A stretch of 62,241 nt of DNA, counting the filler, from Choristocarpus tenellus KU-1152 (Eukaryota > Protista > Phaeophyceae): the NCBI GenBank assembly GCA_964200185.2. It is 5 parts of 5 records of this genome, joined end to end, with 100 filler letters (N's around TTAATTAATTAA, not from the genome) between each part and the next. Parts side by side here need not be neighbours in the genome. Positions count along the whole stretch, not along the records: positions 51,780 to 62,241 come from CAXNAD020002918.1; 4 more parts are not named here. One strand, given 5' to 3'. The notes below the pieces were generated by a model. The model did no database searches. It worked only from the letters and a program-made list of their open reading frames with translations, and was not told the origin of the DNA. Of this stretch, positions 52,381-62,241 are shown piece by piece (positions within the stretch are counted from its first letter, which is position 1; every line of letters starts with the position of its first letter). Both the position numbers and the translations under genes were made by a program.

Positions 52381-52961
52381 GAGAACCATGCAGATGGGTA
52401 AGAAGGGGCCTGTCAGATTCTTGGGGTGCTTCCCTAGCTCTTCACCCACTTGTGTAGGTCTCGGCTAGGGTAGAGGCATAGCAGCAGTGTACCCATAACA
52501 TTTAAAATACTAACCCTTGAGGGAGTGCTGTAGTATATAGCTGGTATTCAAATGGCAAATAGTCTTTAGATAGGTCTCTTTCACATTTACGACAACTGTT
52601 ACTTATTTTCGTTGAGATAATTGGTTTTGGCTTTTTCCCTGACACATCTGTAAAATGTCAGGGGGCAAATAAGATGTGAATTCGCAAATATCAGGAATCA
52701 ATTATCACAAGGATAGGTGAAGATTCTTTTTTCTATTTTCTCTTCGACGATTTTATTGTGGTTCTATTATCAGTCGAAACGATGTAAGGCTCAAAAACAC
52801 GGTTTCCTTTGATTGAAGTCAGGGTTGATATTAAAAGCAGTGTTTTGTTTCGACCAAAAGAGTGCCTGCCATATGCCGAGTTCTGCTTAAAGTACAAAGT
52901 GTTCAATAGGTAACAGGTGCAGATATCGCCGAGGTTTTAACTTTCGGCATCGTGTCATCGT

Positions 52962-55900
52962 ATGACTGCGTTAGGGAGTCTCACGCTCGCACAGGTCAAG
53001 AGGTATCTAGAAGTGTCTGGGGCCGATGTTGAAGCAGAGGGTGTTCTTGGGGTGAAGGGGTTGGAAGGGTTGTCAACGAAGGAACAGCATGGGTACCCCA
53101 GGTACATTATCAAGATTTTTTCTTGGGTGCTTGGGTTGCAACGTTCTCCTCATCGTGGAATGCCTTTGCTTTGCCAGTGTTTTGATAAATGTGTCATAGG
53201 ACCCCACTGAAACGCATCTAATGTGGACGCCTCTACCACGTGCAAGTCCTCTTGTAGCAATCCAAGGGGTGATAAAGAGACTGCACTGCATCAACTTTCT
53301 AATTCAAAGAACTTCGAAGCAGTACTTAGCAGATAGATTTCGATGATTGCGTGCAGAGAGTGTGCGGAGAATGTACGAAGAGTGTGGAAACAATTTAACC
53401 GTGTCTCGGAAGAATGGCCCATTACGTCCTAAGAAAGAAACAGCAGACCCTCTGATGATAGACATTTACACACACATTCTTCCACACATTCAGGATTGAC
53501 GTTTCGAAGTTGAAAGAAGAGCTTCTTCATGAGCGTGAGAGGGAAAGATCATACAAGATCTCCATGCTCAGAGCCAAGCAGAAACAGGTTCGATCTATCA
53601 TATCGTGCAAAGGCTGTTATCAAGCGAGTGCATTCACATGTGAATGTTCCGCAATATTGACTAGGCCCAATGATGCTAGAACTCAAATTTAACAAAAGCT
53701 ATTACAATATGCGCACAATGTTTATCCTTTATTCACATTCTCCAAGACACAAAGAAGCGCTTTTTTTTTTTACTAGTGCCTTGGTGGGTATTGGGGTGGA
53801 GTCACAGATCATTGCCGACAAGGAAGGGCGTCAGGAAGAACTTCTTGAACTTCAGCAGGCAGAAGAGGTTCATCATGAAGGTCTATTGAGGGAAAGGGAA
53901 GAGAGAAAAAAGATTGCAAAGGAGTTGCACTCCCTCCAAAGGTTGGGCGGAATCTCTGCAATTCAACCGCTTTATAGCATACATGACATGTGCTGCTGCT
54001 ATTGCAAGGCTGCTTTCCACGAACATAACTGATTTGTCTCTATTATACGGTCTGTGAGTGCTTGTCTTGAGGTACAACATAATCTTGCTGTCACTTACTT
54101 TAGATAGGCTTCCCTCTTTGCTGCGGACAGCTCTTGTGTATTTGAGATTTGTTTTGTGTATTTGAGATTTGTTTTGTGTATTTGAGATTTGTTCCCGTAT
54201 GCAGGGAATTTCACCTACTCATGATTAAGTCAACTAGCCCCTTATGACGTGAGAACGATCCAAAGAGATGCATCTTCACCACCTGAGGTGAATTATTGTT
54301 GAGGAAAGCTGACAACTTTTGTTTCCACTTCCAGGTTGTATGTATTTCCCTGGTAATAACAATCAATATTAATAATTTAATGACCACAAGTATCTGGGGG
54401 GCGGGGGGGGGGGGGGGGTTACACAAGGGTGTCCATTTGGTCAAAATCAGGAAAAGTGTATTTACATTATCCATACAGTGCATACAACTAAATCACCCAA
54501 AAATTGCGACATGAAAAAATTGACCCCAAATGGACAGCTGCCACCCCCCTCCCCCCCAGATAATTTGAGCCAATGTGAGGGCAGGATTGTATTCAGGGGA
54601 AATCTAGTCTTACATGACTTCCTGTTCTCCCCAGGATCACCCTCACAATGGTCTGTTCTTGCAATCCAGGAAGTGTGTCTCCCCGCTCTCTCCTCTAATT
54701 GCAAAATTTATTATTTAAACTTGACCAGAAGTCACCTCATGAACTTGGAGGCAGAGACTGTGAGGGAACTGGAAGCACTTCAGAGAGAAAAGGAGAATTT
54801 CCTTGAGAAAGAAAAGAAGAGCAGGGAGGTGATTGCTGAGGTGAGCTGTATCCTCTGCAGCAAGTGTCTTCCAAAGGTGGGCATGCCCTCACTGCAAGAC
54901 ATTTTCTAATTTTTTTGTGGGAACTACATTATGTGACGCCCTAAATGCAATACAACCTGACTCCTGCCGATGGAATCCCAAAATGAATATGTGACACATC
55001 TTTGACGTAAAGATTCCCAAAAATGAGCACAAAGAATGCACAGAACAGTAGCAGGTTGAAAGAGGTCATTTTTTTTTTTTTTGCTCAATTTCTNNNNNNN
55101 NNNGGGAAGAAAAATAAAGATACACCATAAAAAAAACACAACCTAAAACATGCCAAAAAAAAACAAAAAAGAATGCACAGAACAGTAGCAGGTTGAAAGA
55201 GGTCATTTTTTTTTTTTTTGCTCAATCACTTCGTTGGGGTACCCTACAGAACTGGGGTACATGACACAAACCTTTCCCAAGAGAAAACACGATCGTTTAT
55301 CAAGTAAAACTGAGCGAGCAGTGTCCGAACATTTCGCCATACACACGACTTGCTCAACCCTGAGAATTCAAAGCTGGGAAACTGTACTAGCATATGAAGT
55401 GTTGCGTAGAAGCTAATCAGCAGGTTGCCAGGAGATCCTGACCATCACAGGAGTTTGTTTGACTAAGTGGTCTGGAAGTGTCTATTTTGAGACACTCCTA
55501 TCTTTTTGGCTTGAAAGCAAAACAGGATGGACATAGGAATACTGCTTGCCTCATGTATGTGCACTTGGTAGCTGTCATATGATGGCCACCCTGCTCCTCC
55601 TGGCTGAAAATGTTTACCGCCCTCTTTCAGGTACGACAACATATGATGGCACAAGACCTTATGTACCAGAAGGTTGTAGATAAAGCAACACGAAATCTCG
55701 AGGAGAGAAAAATTGGGAGAAATAGTACATTCAATGAGAGGGCACGGCTGGACCAAGACGCCATTGAATCAGAACAGGTGGGCAGTCAGCAGTGAAAATA
55801 CTTTCTGCGGTCCATGCTTAACTATGGTGTGTGCACAGGAGGGATACATATGTAGTCACAGTCGTTGCCCATATATGATGAGTAGGACGTTTAAGGTCCA

Positions 55901-58900
55901 AAATTATGTTAATTTGTATCGCCTACAACTTAGGAAAAACTCCATAAACCGAGGAAACAAGCATTAAATCAGAGACAAGCAATGTCTTTCCATGATGGTG
56001 TTGGAAACCCCTGATAAGGGGTTGCAGGTTAGCTGTGTGTGGTACTGATCAAGTTTAGGGCACATGTCTGAACACCCTGCGTGCAGCATAGCCAAAATTG
56101 TAAGAGGAAGCCCTGAACCCACATCAGAAAGATGAAGCCAAAACTTCAGAACACCAAAAGTGAAGTCTCAAGTGCTATCCCTATGTCAAGAAATCTTGCT
56201 ACCTAATGGAACGATTGGAAGAACTCTCCTAGGTGTGTTTTCTGGCAACATTCTAGCACATTGCATCCGACCTTGCTGGTAACACACTTTGTCTTGACAA
56301 TCGCGACTTTCTATTTTATACTGCGTCCAGTAAAGCAACAGAAGGCCCAGAAGAGTGTAGACGGCTCTCTGTGTTTCTGACTATGATCAAATTTGGACTG
56401 CTTTCTGATTCCTTGACAAGGTGAATTTGGCAAAGGAGCACGGGACTCGTGCAGGAGTTTTGAAGGTGGAACGAGACATTCTGCACAGAGAACTGAGGGA
56501 TGTGCAAGGTCGTATTGAGAAGGTCAGGGGAGGAGGTGAGGGTCAGCAACAGAGCAGAAAATTAAAAGGAATAAAGTGGCCATGGCACTATGTTGCAAGG
56601 TTCTGACAAGTATTTGGGGATTTCAAGAAGATGTCTCGTTCTACCATTTTGCTGTCCCTGTGTTGATTTTTCATGTTGAATATTTTTGTGAGAGATTTTG
56701 AAGAGTGTACTTACCCTTTTCTGCAAGTTTCAAATCGATGATTTGGTCGATTGCACATGTTTCTGGGGTTGTTGATAAGTATGAAAACTTGAATCCTGAG
56801 GATACAGATATTTATGAGCCTTAATATCCACTGTTAAAGACTCTGAAGAGAAAGATGGCTTAAGTTCAAAAGGCTTTGTGTTTGCTTAATTGTTCGGGGA
56901 GTCAAAGTATCTTAGAGGGTAGAGCCGCGTCCATTTGGGGACCAAAATCCAATGTTGAGATTTGGATGTAATTTTGGCTATCGTGTTTGTTAGGAAGTGT
57001 CAATATCCATGCTCCGGACATATCTTTTCATAACGTATACACATTTTACCTACTCCTAATCATTTTGGAGTAGGAAAATGTCATAAAAAACCCCATGGGA
57101 AGCCAAGCCCCAAATGGACAAATAGGGTAAAACTCGTACCCTCTAAGATACTTTCACTCCGGGGAAATATACATCCTGAATTCAAACCTGTGCGACTTGG
57201 GGCTCATTTTGACAAGAATCTGGTCTAAGCAGGTCAGATAGCGTGGATTCCCCCCTCTCATCACAGTGCATTACTACATGGGTGACAGCCTCACTATCCC
57301 AGGTATCGGAAGATGCCCTTTCAGCCCTCCTGAATGATGCTGGACTCCAGTGTCAGGTTGCTCGTCTGCAGAAGCTCAAGGTATGAGCATAGCAATGCAC
57401 ACTAAACATACTTTTCCTAAGTTACGACCCTTGACACTAAAATCGGAGTGGTGCAAATGCTGATCTATAAAAAAAAAGCTGAGACTCCAAAAAGCACCAC
57501 ATTTCACTGGAGAGCAAGGTAGTGCATACAGCCTAATATATATATATATACCTTCTGTTCTTTAGATTGAAGGACCGGCTAATGTTCTCATCACAGTCAC
57601 CCCAGCAGTATCCTCACTAATCAGTGGGCATCAGATTGTGTCTACAATGATCAACTGTGAGAAGGAGGAAAACACCCTTTCTTCTGCATTGAACTACCGT
57701 GCAGGATTGAGCAGCACCTCCCTATAATAGGGTGTGCTTGTCTACATAAGATCTTATCCTTGATTGTCTCCATATATGTGTACTGTTGCAAAAGAACCAC
57801 TCTTGGTCTCCGATAGCCCTACATTTCATTAATATTACTTACCAAAACCGTGCTCTGTATGGTTTACTTCCCCTGACTATCTCATTGCATCATCATACAC
57901 AGTGGGCACAATCTTTGATCACCCAACACAATCCAAAGGCTTCTCACCAAAGGCCTGTTTCCCGTAGAGATGACCATTATAGAGGAAGGAATTAAGTGAG
58001 GCCTATGATATACTCCCCTTTGCTTAGCCAAGTTATATATTGCATTGGCATAAGCTCAAAGTCTATGTTGTGTGTATGAGGCAAACATAGACACTATGGT
58101 GAAAGTGGCGTATGTCGAAGAGCCATGAGCTGCTGGGCAACATAACAGCGTTGCTGCCCAGGAAGTTCAATAAAAGGACATTTGTGGCACCATAATTTCA
58201 AGGCCAGGGTGGTGGAAGTCGCTCCTCAAGAAAAAGGGTACTCCATGCTTGATTTTTATTTTAATGCCGTACAACCCAATGCATGCCTGAATTCCTGGCA
58301 TCTCATTTTTTTAATATTTTCCAATGCAGTGCACATGGTGTTTCCTCTTGCGCTTGTCCATTCATCAAGGTTGACTATGAAGTTGAACGATCAGAAGCTG
58401 TGCAGGGAAATTATCTCAAGGAGTATGAACAAGCCGAGGAAAAGACTCGAAAGCAGCTCAGCACTCAAGAGGTGAAGACTCAACAGATTAAGGTGTGGGA
58501 GTCTCATTAACAATTTAACATTACACACACTACATTCAGAGTGAAAGTATCTTAGAGGGTTCGAGTTTTTCACTGTCCATTTGGGGCTTGGGTTCCCATG
58601 AGCTTTTAATGACATTTTACCTACTCCAAAATGTTTCGGATTAGGTAAAATGTATACTTTATGAAACGTTGTGTCTGGGGCAAGGATATTGACATCTCCT
58701 AACAAATACGATAGCCAAAATTTCATCAAAATTGCAAGGTTGGATTTGGCACCCAAATGGACGCAACTCTACCCTCTAATATACTTTGACTCTCTCATGT
58801 ACACACACAATCTTTATTTTCTGTAAACAACAGCATTTCAAAACCCACATGCCATGCACTGATGTGTCTGGTCATTGGTTTACTCTCCTGCATAAGGGTG

Positions 58901-61850
58901 CACCAGTGATAGGCAACCTTCTAGCAATAGTCACACAGTCCTGGGTGAAGGCGATACTTCTGTCAGATCTATCCCCATAGTGTACCCTCCAGAAACACTC
59001 CTTCAAGGGTTACAAACCTCTGGATAGAGACACAGTCCCTGGGAATTATTTTGTAATCTTGAGCTTGCTGAGTGATCACGAAATCATGCACAACTGGTCT
59101 GGACACCGTGTTTTGTACAATACAGAAGCACAAGTCATGTGACAGGAGTACGTGACAGCGCGTTTGAGAGCAGAAATTGGATTCAGGCTGCAGAAAGATA
59201 ACGGTTTTAAGCACACATCTTGACACACATTCAATAGGGCCCTCACCAACACAAGAACCCCCACCCAGACTGACAATCTGATTTATTGCTTCATGCCAGC
59301 CCATGGTACCTCCCAATCACAAGGAAGAATACACTGAGGCTAATGCAAACGCCTTTCTGGACGAGTGGTTGAAGGGGGATGAAAAATCTTCAGCACAAAA
59401 AGGTTCCAACAAGCCTTCCCCAGCATCCATGAAATGTGCACCAGTCAACAAAGCACCAGAGCGGCACATCAATGGGGATGATGGAAGCAGGGACAGGGAT
59501 AATAATCAAACTGTAGAGGAGAGGAGTACCAACTCTCTTGAGGGAAGAAAGTCAGAGAGTATGTTTAATGACACTTCACAATCTCAAAATGAACGGAGTT
59601 GTGCCACTTCAGGGCATGGCAGAGACGAGCACCATATCAGTCATGGCCAGGGAAGGATGAGGCATGACCTCCACAATCACAGGCATGGAAAACATCATGA
59701 TCATGTTTCAGGGCAATGTAGGTACCATCGTACTCATCACAAAGACCACCATCACAGCACTTGTCATGCTGGCTACAATAAGGTACACCATGACAGGCAC
59801 GACCATGATCCAATCGAGGATAAGGGCAAGTGCTCCCATCAAGGGATAATGAAGAGACGCAAGATTGAGAGCGATGAGTGGGGGGCTAGAGGTGGGAGCC
59901 CCAACTGTCCCAGAAATTGTAAGAAGAATGAGAAACTTGAAGAGACAGTGCTGAGACTGGAGGCGGAGCTTCAGGCAATAAAGTCGGGTCAGGCTGCAAC
60001 TGGAGATCAAATTGGAGTGGGGGCAGGAATGCAAACCACAAATGGAAGGCCGGAAGGTTTAGGCTGGAGCATTGATGGTTCTGGGCCTGGATTGAGCATT
60101 GCAGGTGTGTTACAATGACATACATGGTTTCAATTTGAGTGTCCTTGGCAGCAGTTTATTCTGTGTTGTCTGGCACGTATTGTAGTGCAACAAGCTTAGG
60201 TTCATTTTACTGTTGCAAGGGCAACAACATCCAAAAATGCTTGGTACTGAAAGCATAGAATATGAAATTGTGAACAGAGTATAGTGCATGTGGAGTTCCA
60301 ATACCGATACACAAAGCAGACTAAAAACAGACTCAACTGCTATCCTTCAGGGCCAGGAAAATGCCCGATTAAGCAGCATTTACACCAATTGAAGAGCCTA
60401 TACACAATGTTCAACCAATGGGATGTACCGGCCCTGCAACATTTCCCAACAGCTAAATCTCGTCATTTTACTCTCTGTGCAATGCAATCCATCATCAAGA
60501 TGCACTAGGACATCACTGCAATACATTGTTCACCATTCCACCACGTGGAACAACACACATCTCTCCCCTTAGCTGTCGCAAACATCTCAAACCTGCTCTT
60601 GCCGACTTTCTTCACCTCTGAAAAAAGGGCCAATGGGATGGCCTGGAGTAAATGGGACAGGTGCTGGGGGAGGGGATGTTAGATATTTTCATCAGTATAT
60701 CGCTGCATTGGATGCAGAAAACGCCAGAATGCAAGCCGAGCTCCAGGGTATGGATTTCAGGACCAGGGGGTCTGCAACTGAGGCATTGGGCATTCCTGTT
60801 CCCCCCTTACCTACTGCAGTGGGCACAGGGAATCCCATTGTAGGATGCAGTGTGCAAGCACAATATCTTATGGGGGTAGGAGGTGACACAAAGAAAACTC
60901 CTGAAAACGATGACAAGACAGAAGTTGATCACCAGCAAAATAGAATGAGAATGGAGTCCGATGCGCCAGTGACAAGTGAGCAGGAGAAGAAGATGACTGC
61001 TATGACTGCAAAGCACAAGGCGAGAGGTTGGGGGGGGACAACATGGAGTGTTTGAATGAATGACATTGAGGAGAGGCTGGGGTTTGGTGAGAGTGTACTC
61101 TGCACCCAAGTTGTCTCTGCCAGGTCTGGTTCTTGCAGGAGTCGTTCACTGGTGCCCCTCTCACTGTGACCAACTGGAGATGAGTTAGCAGAAGGCACCC
61201 AACATGCAAATGCTTCCAGTATGTGTATCATTGTGTCTCTTCAAGAATAGACAAGGCAGTATTATTGTTGTTTTCTATTTGTTGTTATTATCAGAAGTAT
61301 TAATTTCTGTAGTAATCACTCGTACTGCAAGAACATATTGCTATCTGCTCCCAAACGGGACCTACCTCTCAAGAAATAGTGAGTGGGGACAAGTGATCAA
61401 TCGAACCAGGGATTATTTTAAGCAGTCAAACCCCTCCTGATCCATCACAGGGCATACCACGCCGAGGAAAGATTCAGACACCACACCACCATCACCGCCG
61501 TACTCACCCTCTCATGAACTCTCATATGCCTTCGCTTTTTCCCTCCATCTCCTGTACCTTTTCCATGAGCCCCTTAGATCCCAGAACAAGAGTGGGACCC
61601 ATGCCCTCCCGCTGTTCTTGGGCTCATTCCCTTCTACACCTTCATCTGTTTTGATCTCCCACGAACAGGAGGAGGTCAAGAAGCTGGAGTTCGAAATGGA
61701 GCGATTAGAGCTTGAGCAGCAGCTAGAGGACATGCGTGAATGCATGGCAAGAGAGAAGAAGAGCAAGCAGCGAGATGTAGCCCATGAGCAGTGGGTAGCT
61801 GAACAGGCTCGCAACCTACAGGCCATTAAGATACAGAAGGAACGTCTGGG
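52962..61850 (+). CDS. Large coiled-coil protein of unknown function, at least 11 exons (52962-53002, 53494-53587, 53808-53941, 54729-54840, 55631-55777, 56421-56522, 57303-57380, 58370-58492, 59300-60104, 60628-61019, 61669-61850); 3' end beyond the window
   Basis: E/K/R/Q/L-rich exons (e.g. ELLELQQAEEVHHEGLLREREERKKIAKEL, KHK|EEVKKLEFEMERLELEQQLEDMRE) joined by phase-consistent introns. Exon 9 is His-rich (alternative acceptor at 59324). Intron 10 needs a GC donor. Exon 1 is least certain. Confidence 0.72.
54134..54193. repeat. 20-bp tandem repeat, 3 copies
   Basis: (ttgtgtatttgagatttgtt) x3. Confidence 0.9.
54382..54571. mobile_element. MITE family B copy, TSD AAT
   Basis: aat|gaccacaagtatctgggggg ... 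cccccagataatttgagcc|aat. Confidence 0.88.
56899..57159. mobile_element. MITE family A, best-preserved copy (261 bp)
   Basis: 23-bp TIR gagtcaaagtatcttagagggta / taccctctaagatactttcactc with 1 mismatch; flanks cggg|...|cggg. Confidence 0.92.
58539..58792. mobile_element. MITE family A copy (reverse orientation)
   Basis: gagtgaaagtatcttagagggt ... taccctctaatatactttgactc. Confidence 0.9.
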
Positions 61851-62086
61851 GTGGGCCTTGTGGACTTGCACATGGTCCAATAGAAATCACTTGTTTGACA
61901 TTCTTGTTGTTTTTCGTCACTTCATTGTAGGATACACCCCTGACCTACAGTGGAAGGAAAACCAAAAGGTCTACACAGTTGAGCGTTCACTGTACGGTCG
62001 GCTAACCTACTGTGGGGGTCTGTCCAACTGTATACTTCTAGAAGAGCGGTCTTTGTCACCAAGAGATATGTCGATAGGGTATCAAA

Positions 62087-62241
62087 GAGCCAAAGTATAT
62101 TAGAGGGTAGAGCCGCGTCCGTTTGGGGGACAAAACCTAATGTTGCGATTTTGATGTAATTTTGGCCATCGTGTTTGTTAGGAAGTGTCAATATCCATGT
62201 TCTGGACACAACCTTTCATAACGTACACACTTTACCTACTC
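62087..62241. mobile_element. MITE family A copy truncated by the window end
   Basis: gagccaaagtatattagagggtagagccgcgtccgtttgggg. Confidence 0.88.

Noticed and set aside
55032-55226. About 58-bp direct repeat flanking a 10-N gap
   Set aside because: The duplication straddles the gap and homopolymer runs, so it is most likely overlapping contig ends.
59303-61055. ORFs 59303-60118 and 60633-61055 as independent nested genes
   Set aside because: Splice sites and phases join them cleanly into the surrounding coiled-coil gene.

Overview
Eukaryotic, intron-rich nuclear DNA, not prokaryotic. By inference only it is a stramenopile alga, possibly brown-algal-like. The window is five sequence blocks joined by 100-bp N linkers carrying TTAATTAATTAA, so adjacency across linkers is not trustworthy. 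Hand-spliced gene models: the 3' end of a calpain domain-III protein (-), two neighbouring AP2-domain transcription factors (+), the 3' half of the spliceosomal helicase DHX8/PRP22 (+), mitochondrial ATP synthase subunit d (-), an 11-exon casein kinase 1 with a long tail ending in a CaaX-like motif (+), and a large coiled-coil protein with a His-rich exon (+, runs off the window). Non-genic DNA is dominated by about 19 MITE copies from 3-4 families that share a G(A/G)NNNAAAGTA terminus and mostly 3-bp TSDs. Also present are a decayed plant/oomycete-type mariner transposase, retroelement relics, a degenerate tRNA-Ala, an interstitial (TTAGGG)n tract and minisatellites. The most notable signals are the shared-terminus MITE system, frequent GC-AG introns and AAG acceptors, a CpG-island versus CpG-depleted landscape, and the possibly prenylated CK1. 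I found no convincing novel multi-gene system. All exon boundaries were read by eye and need RNA-seq confirmation.
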